Shown here piece by piece: positions 25,220-37,046 of a stretch of DNA of 64,000 nucleotides. The position numbers and the translations under genes were made by a program. The notes beneath the pieces are model-generated. The model saw nothing but the letters and a program-made list of their open reading frames with translations, did not search any database and had not been told where the DNA came from. Every line of letters starts with the position of its first letter. The stretch's first letter is position 1. Source of the stretch: Magallana gigas (Eukaryota); NCBI RefSeq assembly GCF_963853765.1, contig NC_088857.1:47678001-47742000 (forward strand), written 5' to 3'.

Positions 25220-28200
25220 ATGTGTGCTCTACCTGGTCCAGGTGGCCAAGGGAAGCGGAAGGAAATTTACAAGTACGAGGCACCATGGACGGTTTACAGC
25301 ATGAACTGGAGTATACGCCCAGACAAAAGATTCCGTTTGGCTTTAGGAAGCTTTGTGGAGGAGTACAATAATAAAGTAATTAATCCAAGCTTGATAGTAC
25401 ATTGAAAAAATTATAAGATAGAACCATACTCTTCAACAGTGAGAGTTACAAAAATGGGCATAAAATTATGAATTGAATTTTTCTGAAAATAGTGCAGTGG
25501 GTGATTGCTAAAATTGTACACAGCATTGAATAAATAAGTAAAGAATTTTCTGTAAATGTAGAAACATGTATTGTAAAATCTTGATTAATTCACTTTTTTT
25601 AAAGGTACAAATTGTTTCCCTTGATGAAGAAACATCAGAGTTTACTTCAAAGAGCACATTCGATCATCCATACCCAACAACAAAAATAATGTGGATCCCT
25701 GATGCTGTGAGTATTTTATATTGATATTAATTCTTCTCCATTATTTCCTTTTTCATTATACTGTCTAGTTGTGATGGAGATTACATTTTTTTATCTATAC
25801 AGAAGGGAGGCTATCCCGATTTGCTGGCCACCAGTGGGGATTACCTGCGGGTTTGGAGGGTCAGTGAAAATGAATCTCGGCTCGAGTGTCTCCTGAACAA
25901 TGTAAGTCCAGGTCAATCAAAGAAAGCATTTCAGGGAAGAAATTAAACATTTTTTGTTAAGATTTGTTGCACCAACGACACTAACTTCCCATATTTTGTC
26001 ATGTAACAATGAAAAAGTTCTTAAAATGCCATAAACAAAAGAAAAATAATAGTTTTTTAAAGAACATGTAGCAAAATTATGATTATATATATGTAGTCAC
26101 TAACATGTAACTATCAGAGCATATAGTAAAGAGGTAGTTATTGTGTATGTTAAATTTCATATCGGAAATCTAAAAGGTACTAGTTATGTATTGTTTTATT
26201 TTAAATAGAATAAGAATTCAGATTTTTGTGCTCCACTGACTTCATTTGATTGGAATGAAGTGGACCCTAACCTGCTAGGAACATCCAGCATCGATACAAC
26301 ATGTACAATATGGGGTCTGGAGGTAGGTGTATTGCCTTTAAGTATATTTTTTGTCTTGATTTCCTATCGTTCAAAACTGCCTGAAAAATAAAGGCTAGAT
26401 TTTAAATGTTGCAAAGGTTGCCTCTCGTGATTTTGTAGGGAAATTAATTCCTCATGTTTAATTAGGAATCTACAGTATTTCATCAGTGGATAAAGTATTA
26501 CATTTGCTCAAAATTGCAAAATCTTGGCATTGATGAGTGTTTCAATAAAATAGTCATTTGAAAAACATACATGATACATGAATTTTGTTTAATTTGATAC
26601 TTTTACAGACAGGACAAGTTCTCGGTCGAGTCAATGTGGTCTCTGGTCATGTGAAAACTCAGTTGATTGCACACGACAAGGAAGTGTATGACATTGCTTT
26701 CAGTCGGGCAGGAGGTGGAAGAGATATGTTTGCTAGTGTCGGTATGTAACTTGACAGTCGGGCAGGGGGTGGAAGAGATATGTTTGCTAGTGTCGGTATG
26801 TAACTTGACAGTCGGGCAGGGGGTGGAAGAGATATGTTTGCTAGTGTCGGTACGTAACTTGACAGTCGGGCAGGGGGTGGAAGAGATATGTTTGCTAGTG
26901 TCGGTACATAACTTGACAGTCAGTTAGACAACGAAAAGAATTAATCTTAAAATATGAATTTACATACATTAGTACATACATGTGTATGCATAAAAGTAAT
27001 TAGAATCAAACTGATTACCAATTTTTATTTATGATAATGAGGTCTTTTTTTATTTCCTAAGAATTAAGTCCCACTGATACCAGTTTAATGAAATGATATA
27101 GCAGATACACATGTATATGAAAGCATGCAAGATAAAAGACAATGATATTGGAATAGTTGATTCATCATGCTGATTTTTGTGACGACGCAGGTGCTGATGG
27201 CTCTGTCCGTATGTTTGACCTCCGTCATCTGGAACACTCCACTATTATCTACGAGGACGCCCAGCACCACCCCCTCTTACGACTCTGTTGGAACAAGCAG
27301 GATCCCAACTACCTGGCTACAATGGCTATGGATGCTATGGAGGTAGAGAGGCTTTTGTTGTCAGAAACTATGGCCAATCTCACATATGCTAACTGACTGT
27401 GGGCCAACTCATTGATCTTTTTTTTGTTTTCCAGAATATTTACTAGTATTATTATCAATTTAATAATGAATATTAAGCAAAACTCTGTATTGTTTTAAAG
27501 ATGTATGTGGCGTATTTGGAGTAAAATTTTTGACATGATTTTGAGTAAAAATATACATCATGCTTCTTATAATTAGACGTTTCACAAACTCTCGGCCCGT
27601 AAAACACGTTCTTTCTTTAGTTTTTTGTCTCTAAACTTTGCTACACGTCTGATGAATATTAATGTGATCCGCCATTTGTAACGCCATTGCGCATGAGTGC
27701 GGGAAAACCTAGTATTGAAAACACGATGGATGAACAGTTTGTTTACAAATTAGAATCACGTTTTTTTATGTCTTGAAGATAGATAATTCTTATATCAGAT
27801 GATACCTGAAGTATTATTATACCGTTATTCATTTATGTACATGTAGAACGATATAAATTGCTAATTATGTTTAATAAAGATGAAACACGATTTTAGCATC
27901 AACGACACGGTAAAATGAGTGAATACCCCGTCTCCCTGAGGGATGCATGTACTGAGACTGTTTCTTTATTCTTAATTCAAAAATTCCTCTCAACGAAAAT
28001 CCATTTGTGGTTTATAACTTATAAAGCAAAGACATGGAACACATGGAGCACATACGAACCTGACTAGCAAAACCTGGCCTACAACTTTATGATAAAGAAT
28101 TAAGTTGAATTCGGCTTTAATTCCTATTCCCTCAAACTACATGGTCTCCAATGACAATCTTTCCTTTGTTCCTATCCTTGTCAGTCTGTCTCTTTTTTCC

Positions 28201-31200
28201 TTTCATTGCCAAAACTGTCAAACTTAACGGTATATCTATCTTTCTGTCGTCACCATTGTTGTTGTGATAGACGGAGCATGGTATCACGTGACCGATTTAA
28301 GGCGGGGTTTATTCAAATGTTAGATTTATTGTCGACTCCACAATAATTTTAAAAATTATTTATTAACTTCTATATCTTTTTAACCCGATTGATATAAACT
28401 GCATAATTAATTGTGAAGATATATCTTTATATAACATATATAAATAAATAAGTCAATTAAATGTTTCTTTGCAAGAAAATATACGCCACATATACCTTTA
28501 AGGTATGAAATGAAAATTGGTTAATTAAAGCATGCAATTGTTATTGATGCATTGTAAGCATTAATGCAACTGATAACATTTCCTTTACAAAATATGTAAA
28601 GAAACAATCAGAGGCATAAATAAAACATGAGAACAAGAAAAAGTCAACGAGTTGGCACAGGGTCAGTAAGACCGCCAGATTGGTCGTGTCTCCAATGGTC
28701 AGAGGCCTAGAACTGTACTCTTTATCTATGACTGATAAATATTACTGGTCTAAACTTAATTGATATAACCGAATTTAAATAAGTGTCATTGAGGAATTGC
28801 CATGCATTCAGTTATGATTTAACAGTCATTTTACAAACGGGAATCTGCAAAATATGCTTTAAAATACCATTGTGTTTCAGGTAGGTTAAATTGTTATGTT
28901 ATTTATTAGAATAGTTGATATTATACATGTTCTCCGCCTATTTTTTGATTAATTTGCACTCACTGGCAGTACAAGACATCAGAAGTGATGCTATTTTTGT
29001 AATTCAATCAAATTCGGTCAAATTTGACATTTTTGACATCTTTGATGGAAATATTTTGTTTGTTCAAGCAATCACTCAATGTTTTGTGACAGAAAATCTG
29101 CTTGAAAAAATGCCATTTTATGCTAAAAATGCAAAAATGACAGGAAAAGGTTAACCTTTTGATGTCATATTTCAAAGTTGTGGGCATTTGGATCAAAATG
29201 AAAATTATGAAAAAACTTCGCATTTATATCTGTACAAAGGAAGCAAAGAATTACAGTAAATTGATGAGGGTCATATCTTATTTGATATTATATTTAGCCG
29301 ATTGTTCTTAAGGTCATTATCTTGGACGTGAGGGTCCCCTGTACTCCTGTGGCCCGCCTGAACAACCACCGAGCCTGTGTGAATGGAATCGCTTGGGCCC
29401 CACACTCCAGCTGCCACATCTGTACAGCAGGTACTGTCAGTATTCTCAGTACTGTCATTATGGACTGATTTTCAAGTCTCATTTTACTCAATCTATAACC
29501 ATTAAATAAATATAATTTAAATTGTGTGGAAGGAATTATCTTAGTGTAACCAGGCCATGCCCTATAGAACATTATCATTTTAATAATAGAACGTTCCATT
29601 TTATATATTATGATGTTGTATACCAATTTTGTTAGATACTGTGGAATCATCATTGTTCAAGGGGGACCAATGTTCATGGCTTTTGTGGGTAACCCTTGCC
29701 CATGAATTTACATCCCAACAAACCTATATACAATCATTAGGGCCCCGCAAGGATTTGCGGGTGCCCTATAGTAATCACTCTGTCCGTCCGTCCTTCTGTC
29801 CGTCCGTCTGTCACTCTTCCGTCCACAAATTTCGTGTTTTTTTCTAATAACTTTTTTTATGGTTGCCCAATCAAGTTCAAATTTGGTATGGTAGTTCAGT
29901 AGGCAGAAATACATATTTTGATGCTAAGTTTGGTTCTCTATGTCTTCTGGTTTGGAGCTGGGGTGGTGGGGTAGATTCCTAACTATGCATAAGAATGAAT
30001 GGGCAAAGAGAGATAACTGCTGAGAATGAATGGGCAAAGAGAGATAACTGCTGAGAATGTTACCATTGTATACATGGAAGGCTGTGCAATATTTGTCCTT
30101 TAGGATTAATTAACCTTCCACACTATTTTATTTTTTAATTATTTATTTTATTTTTTTCTACCTTAATGCTGTTAATTTTAACAGGTAATCAGATAATAAC
30201 CCCATTCTGTCATTTCTGAAAAAAAAAATCTTATTGTAAATTTAGAAGAAAAGGATGAGAGAGCAGAACAATTAATCCCCTGGGATTAATTATCTTGCCT
30301 GCTGCAGAAAATTTAGAGGCTTATCTCTATCTGTCATATCGAGATTATTGAACACCTTTGTCTGCACTGATGTTTGTTTTGAAGCAAATTAAACTCTCAT
30401 TCCATGAGCTGCACCCTAATAGTTTTACCGCTGTTTAAAGGATGGTATTTGATAAAGAATACATTTCATTCTAGTCCAAATACTGAGATTAATTATCTTG
30501 CCTGTTTCAGAAAATCTAAGGTCCATCTTTATCTGTTCTATGTATTACCGTACACATGTGTCTGCAAGTGATGTTTGTTTGAAGTTGAGGCAAAGCCTAG
30601 GTTTTTTTAACAAATTTTATTTCATCCAATGTTAACCTCCTTTATCCCATGGATATGACTCATTGGATATTTTTTTGATATCCCACAGTTGTGACTTTAC
30701 AATGGGATTTGCATACTAGGCATAATGAAGTAAAATAATGTGGAGTTTTATAAACAGTGTAAACATTGATTGTGGTGTATAAAACATGGGATAAATAGAA
30801 TCTCATATGATTTGTAGTATAATATGATTTTTATCCAACTTGTGTGTTTTATCCCCTCACTAGGGCTCAAGAAAAAAACACTTTAATTGTTGGATGAAAA
30901 TCATATCCAACTCCAAATCATGAGATCCTATTATTGCAGTTCTTTACATCTTATGCTGGGCATTTATTTTTCATCGTTGTTAATATAAAGAGGATGGAAT
31001 TCAAAGTTTTTTTCACTTCTCTATATTAATTGTCATAGCGGGGCCCTTCCTGACTGGTCAGTTTTCTAGTTTGTTTAATATCTATTTAAATTATCCTGAT
31101 TATACTACCAACGAAATTATGTCCCCACGAACCAGGAAAATTTTGGCTACCCACGATCATTGACTGATTTCACTGTAAATGAAAACGAAAACTAGTTTGA

Positions 31201-31420
31201 ATATCAATATGCGGTTTTTATATATATGTTTGTTTACCTTTGGCCAGCTGATGACCACCAGGCCCTGATCTGGGACATCCAGTCTATGCCACGGGCCATC
31301 GAGGACCCCATACTGGCTTACACCGCAGCAGGGGAGATAAACCAAATCCAGTGGTCATCCACTCAACCCGACTGGATCGCCATTTGTTACAACAACTGTC
31401 TCGAAATCTTACGTGTCTAG
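25220..31420 (+). CDS. DCAF7: DDB1- and CUL4-associated factor 7 (WDR68/HAN11), WD40 scaffold
   Basis: Exons 25220-25375, 25605-25706, 25803-25901, 26209-26322, 26609-26741, 27191-27342, 29313-29430 and 31248-31420 total 1047 nt (348 aa + stop), all GT-AG and in frame. Hallmark peptides: [97 protein letters not shown] probable non-coding exon ends at the donor at 25043. Confidence 0.97.
26701..26916 (+). repeat. 54-bp tandem repeat x4 spanning the DCAF7 exon 5 donor
   Basis: Unit cagtcgggcaggRggtggaagagatatgtttgctagtgtcg|gtaYRtaacttga at 26701, 26755, 26809 and 26863. Confidence 0.97.
27499..28497. mobile_element. Non-autonomous TTAA-flanked DNA transposon (Kolobok-like) in a DCAF7 intron
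   Basis: TTAA at 27495-27498 and 28498-28501; imperfect TIRs AGATGTATGTGGCGTAT ... ATACGCCACATATACCT. Purine-purine 5' termini plus a TTAA TSD fit Kolobok better than piggyBac. Confidence 0.65.
28964..29270. repeat. Dispersed repeat, homologous to 17420-17810
   Basis: See the partner copy. Confidence 0.75.
29637..31177. mobile_element. TA-flanked MITE split by a ~1.4-kb insertion that begins with a HINE/DINE-1-like end
   Basis: The left half (29637-~29733) and right half (~31100-31177) match the intact copy at 32187-32407. The insert starts with hairpin ccgcaa-ggat-ttgcgg (29745-29760) and a (TCCG)n-like tract. Confidence 0.7.
29992..30059. repeat. 31-bp tandem duplication
   Basis: agaatgaatgggcaaagagagataactgctg x2 plus a partial copy. 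Confidence 0.9.
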
Positions 31421-32186
31421 ACAAAGTTCACCCCTCACCCTCACCCATGCTATTTATTGGATAGAGATCATGTTAAATACTTTATTTAATTTTCTCAGCA
31501 TCAAAAGATGGTGAATTAAAATTAAAGATGATGTTTTGCATTAGACAGATGAAGTTTTATAAACTGTCTTAATTACGTGTAGTTTGTTCAAGATCATGTA
31601 GTTGTCTTTGTATTGTGTTCTTGTTCAAAGATTATGAACAAATAATGTCCATGAACAGTAAATCAGAAACAATGTAAAAGTCATTATTGCTTGGTAAATG
31701 GCAAAATTGGCATAAAATGATTACAAAAGTTACAAACCATAGTTCATCATGAAAAAAACCCTGATTTATGGTATCGACATTGTCATAATATCAAAAACTT
31801 AAAGTTGTACAGCATATGCATTACAAGAGGTTGTGCATGTTTAATGGCAAAATTTTTGATAATTATTCTGAAAAGGAATTTTTTAAACTATTAACGACTA
31901 TGCATGTTTGATTTTTTTTAAAAGATACTACATATATGTACTTAACCATATTAAGCATGAAGTACATTTTTTTATACAGGTATAATCATATGTTTATTTT
32001 ATTTATTGCATTTTTGGTTTTGCCACTATATATCTGATGTGTTATCTAAAATTTTGATGAAAATTAATACTTTTTCTTGAATTTTTAAGAATGTGTTTTT
32101 TTTTTCATAAAGATTCAAAATTAATGAGTTTTTCTCTGTAAAGCATTGGATGAACTAAAACTTTATGAGCTTCTATATCTCTTTAC

Positions 32187-32407
32187 TACTGTGGAATCAT
32201 CATTGTTCATGGGGACCAATGTTCGTGGATTTTATTGGTAACCCTTGTCTACAAATTAACATCCCCATAAACGTATTAAATTCATTTATTTAATATTTAT
32301 TAATATTATCATGATTATACCACTAACGAAATTACGTCCACATGAACCAGGAAAATTTTGGCTGCCCACGAACATTGACCCCCTTGAATAAAAATGATTC
32401 CACAGTA
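32187..32407. mobile_element. Intact TA-flanked MITE (Tc1/mariner type)
   Basis: TIRs TACTGTGGAATCAT ... ATGATTCCACAGTA, 221 bp. Confidence 0.85.
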
Positions 32408-33334
32408 TTCATTTTAACTGTTTATTGAATAAATTGAGGGGATGTACTGTTTTTAGCAATGCTAACATTGTCATAGCATGAGTTTTGACATTTCATTTAA
32501 TGCTTTTTTTAATCCAAATTTCATGTCTTTAAAAAACTGTGTTTTTATATATGTGATTTAACTTAAGAAGTTGCATTCTTGTACAAGATTTTTTTTTTAA
32601 CAATGTTTGATTCTCACCAAACATTAATAACTCTTTATAAGGGCTGTAAAACTGCATGCAAGAAATCTGCTTTGAATGTGTGAAAATTTACATACATCAC
32701 AAAGGATCTCTAATCCTTTGCCCAGTATCAGCATTATGAAACTGTTGGTAAACACATGAATTTTGGTAGACCTCTATACTTCTACAATGTTATGGTTTTT
32801 TGCAAAAATACCTTTAATTATTTTGAAAATGAAGAAAGAAATTCTCATACACATGTATAATCTAGAATAAGGCATTCTTAATTTTTGAATCCATATATTG
32901 TAACTGAATGCAAAGTTTTAACATTTGTTCATGTAAGAATTGTAAAAGTGGAGACTAAATGATCACCAATTTTCTATATGGGATATGCATTTTTACCAGG
33001 CTTGGATCATGACAAAAATATTATTTTAAGTAAATTTGTGTACATAGCTCATGCTTCACTTTTCCTGTAATTATCAAATGATAAATAAATAAATTCTAGA
33101 TATTACAACCTTTTTTATAGGCTATTCATTTATTAAAGAATTGCAGACTGGTGATTTGGGATTATAAAGTTAAAACTGATACTGGTACTTGTGTATGGTA
33201 TATACCCGGTAGTACTAAGTAACATATAGTTGTGTCAGATAGGTTGTTGTCTAGAGAGTGAACTAACAAGGTTTGTATTTCCTATCAATTAATAGAGATT
33301 TGTATCATATGATGACAAGAGAACAGTTTCATTG

Positions 33335-33405
33335 ACGGTTAATTACGCCTTCTCCCTCTCTCCATAACCCGGTGATGGAGATAGGGAAAGGGCGTAACTA
33401 ACCGT
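33335..33405. repeat. Imperfect 31-bp-stem hairpin between the convergent DCAF7 and SMYD 3' ends
   Basis: acggttaattacgccttctccctctctccat / atggagatagggaaagggcgtaactaaccgt, 4 mismatches, 9-nt loop. Confidence 0.85.
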
Positions 33406-34076
33406 GGGTTTCCGACGAAGTTGCCATGTTTACCACTTTCGGAAATTGCCACTATATAATCACAATTGGAAAACATACAATAAGCCAGAGCAAAGATTTA
33501 GAGATTTTGAGGTGGGTAGACAGAATACAGTAGAATGGATGGAATTCCTTATAACGTCGGGTGACTAGGAAATCTCACGTAAGCTCAGATGAGCGAAACA
33601 CTAGTTTGTTGTAAATGTGTGTCTCATTAAATTGTCTTAATCTTTAGACATATAATAGTTTAGCCAGAATCCCTGGGACCTCTATATTCAGCTGGTATAC
33701 TAATAAAGAAAAGATATGCCATACATGATTTCATTTTTGGATTGTCCTCAATCTCCTATATTTACTTGTATATCGAGCGGCTCATGTCCTCTTTCATTAC
33801 CCATAATGCTAGCTCTTTCAAAGAAACCCAGACAATTTTCATCACCATCAATTATTGTCGTATTTTAAGAATTTTATCAAGCACACACTATTGTCAAGAT
33901 ACATGGTATATTAAATCACAGCCATTTCACCCTGTAAACTCTCACTCGTTCTTGTTACAAGGGAAAAAGCTGTCAAAAATACAATTTACCATCTAAAGAA
34001 ATGTTTGCTTTAAACTGCAATTTAATAGGAAAATGAGGATTCACTTCAGGTTCTCTTACAATTCAATATTTAGCTA

Positions 34077-37046
34077 TCAATATAAGCATATCTCTTTATG
34101 TCCTTTCTTCCAAGCGGCTTTTTGACATGCCTTAGAGCAGTACCAGGCTTTGTGACACCTCCCACAGGATGGGAACCCTTTCTCGTCGTCCGCTTCCTTC
34201 CGACATTGAGTGCAGGTGTCCGAATCATCTCCCTCAAACATACAGCGAGGGCATTCGCACCAAAAATGGTACATACGATAGAGGAGGCCGCGTCTTTGTT
34301 GGCGGTTTAGTGACGTATCCACAAATGATGTAAACAACTCATCCCCCTCTTTGATTGGTCTTTTTGAAATCACATGTATACCGGGAGCCTCGTTTACGTC
34401 TCCAGATATGATTTCCACGTTGTTGGCGCAGGAATGATTTAAGCTTGACTGTATGCGAAATATACCAGTAAAAACTGCTTCTGTTATTGTGTTTGGGAGA
34501 ATCCTCTGCAAATGTTGCATTTCTGGTATTTTATCCACTTGTTTCCGGAACAGAAAGTATGGATGGTTAGGATCAGAGAACACCTGTATGTTTCTGCTGA
34601 CCTGGCTGTAACGGAGGTTGAATTCCCCGGGGGTAATTATGTACTGTTTACGTTCGTCCTTGTTGGTGAAAATCTTTACCATGAGGTCATACATTTTGGG
34701 AATACGTTTTGTTATCCCTCCCTGACTGCAAACCTGAAAACTGAATATAAACAACCAATTCATGATAAAATATTTTCTTGTTGATATGAGGAAAAATGAA
34801 GAAATTTTAACACAATTATAAAACAGAACGCCAACGTTGCAGGTGGTTTGGTTGTAGAAGCACAGGTTGCAAATAAATCAAAAATCAAATTAACCAAGCT
34901 TCTTTTACCTGTCGAACTTTCTTTTGGATATGGCAATTAGCACATCACTGACAACTTCTTCGATGCTCTCCACTTTAGAATTTGCATCACAGAGGATGGA
35001 AGCCCATAGTTTTGCCAAGACGATTGGACTGAAATTGTCATACCACCATCCCTCAACTTTTCCGGAACTTTTAACTGAAGCTTTTTTGAACTCTGTACAA
35101 ATCTCGTAGAGTTTGGCAGCGTGTTTGTTTTGGGATGGACAAATGAGTCGATGATATTTCTTCCAGGAATCAAGCTTACACTTCTCTGAACAATATAGTT
35201 CCATTGAGCATTGCTCACACCTCAGTGGTGTTCGATTGGTCCAGAACTGATTCACGGCGTTCTTCAATGTCTTGTTGCCTTTAAGGCTCTTTCCACCAAA
35301 GAACTGTTCAGCAGAAACCAAGCATTTTGCGCAATGACTGCAGGCCGGGATATCATCATAGCCTGAATCAAGAGCCTGGGAGATAAGAACTGGTCCTTCT
35401 TGAAAGATAACTGACTGGCTTTCATAGCTGCACAAGGCCCGAACACTTCGACCTTTCTCCGACAAGTTAACCTCAATGCCTTCTTCTGATGGAAGGTTAT
35501 CAAAAAGCCGTGCTGTCCTGATTTTGAAAAACAACTGCATCAATTCTTCTTGGTCATCACTGTTAAAGTCATCTGATTGGAATGCCTTCCTTATCCATTG
35601 CTCAGCAGTGGCATGGAGAGACAGCTCTTTCGCTGCTTTTGCTGCAAAGAACACACTTTCTTTGATCAAACTAGCATTAAAATGATGCAACAGTATATTA
35701 CAGAATATGATATTTTCAATGAATGTTGAAAGAAAGGAAAGATTTGCCAATGAGTTTTAAGAGACCGATGGGCCACATCGCTCAGCTAGGCAACAATACT
35801 AGTATCTAACTTTGACCCATGAAGTCCATTTATTTTTTTTCACATTTCTCCACCATCAAAATTGTAACCTCTACATGATCCCAAATGATCAAGGCGTGAT
35901 TAAACTTGAAAACAGTAATTTGCTCGTTTGTTCATTTCACAAATAGCCTTCATACATGTATCTTCACGAGCTTCCTTTTTGTTTTGTTTGGGGTGGGGAG
36001 GGGGACATTGGCTTACTCTGACCACCCGTTGACAATGGCTATAACAAACACGAAACGTCTATATATTACCGTTACTTACTTTCATAATAATTTAACGAGT
36101 TCTTTCTTTTCCGTTCTTAAAAGAAGATATTTATGCATTTCTGTAATGCATTTGAACCCTGATGGTTGCTTTCTAAGTCCGAAAGCGTGGGTTGAACTTG
36201 CATTATTTATCATATGTAATGCCTATTTATCTCCCCCTTGTAAACTTGAACAATATTGAATTTGCTTCACGTTTGCAGGTTTGCATTACAACTACCACAG
36301 ATGATTGAAGATGACCCAGTTATTCTGGGAAAGAAGTTTAATTTAATTAAAATTAGATGTTCCGAACCCTCTATACAGTGGTAGTGGATTGGGAACATTT
36401 AAGTTTTATTAGGTTGGAAGAAGTTGAAAATTGATATTAAAAAAAATACGGACGGACAAAATTTGATTAGAAAAGTTCACTTAAACTCGGGTGGACTAAA
36501 AAGCATACCTCCTAGAATCCATACAGAGACCGAATTCTTCTTAGGGTGCCGACTTGTAAACAAGTAAATAATGCATTCCTTGTACAAGGTCATGTCATAC
36601 AGCGATTTCATCACAATGTCGACATCGTGGTCGGAAGAATTGCAGAAAGAACGAAGGGCGTGTCTACCTCTGTGAATTTCGCCATTCTTGAAAAAGTTTA
36701 GGGCTTCTTCTAGCCCCATTTCAGAGTGCACTCGAGAATTTGATTGGTTTGTGTCGCTATTCTCATCCGTTGTTTCAAGCCATTGTTTTACTTTCCCCTC
36801 CTCGTGTCGTAGAATGACGTTATCCCCTGGTAGATCTCCATAGTGGATCGACGTAGGAGAAACCATGGGCTTTGGAGAAATCCTTTCGAGCACATTCTCC
36901 TGCATATTTCGGAGTCCATCGTTTAACTCGGAATTTGCCGGAAATTTTATCAAAGCCTCCTCATAGACCTCGTATGCCTTTTGGAAATTTTGCGCATCCA
37001 CAAATTCTTTAGCTTTTATGATACATTTTTGTAATTCGTCCTCCAT
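34077..37046 (-). CDS. SMYD-family SET-domain protein: N-terminal TPR, split SET with MYND-like insert, post-SET, second C-terminal MYND
   Basis: Model: 37046-36509, 36038-36017 (22-nt micro-exon), 35670-34909, 34725-34077, ~656 aa. Motifs: GRSVRALC (SET-N), CSHC...CEQC...YCSEKC...H..IC (MYND-like), SSLNHSCANN, GDELFTSF, FWCECPRC (post-SET), CTQC...CGRCHKAWYCSKACQKAAWKKGHKEIC (MYND). The exon 3/4 junction is ambiguous (see findings). Confidence 0.88.
35761..35900 (+). mobile_element. 5' fragment of the Helentron-type element in a SMYD intron
   Basis: gatgggccacatcgctcagct resembles the 5' terminus at 46871 and 51841. Confidence 0.45.

Noticed and set aside
30281-30590. Two diverged ~100-bp intronic copies as duplicated snoRNAs
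   Set aside because: No convincing C/D or H/ACA boxes; more simply an old local duplication inside a repeat insertion.
33565-33605. Hammerhead-like fragment gctc-agat-gagc-gaaac
   Set aside because: A stem II and GAAA are present, but the CUGANGA core and a matching stem III are missing.
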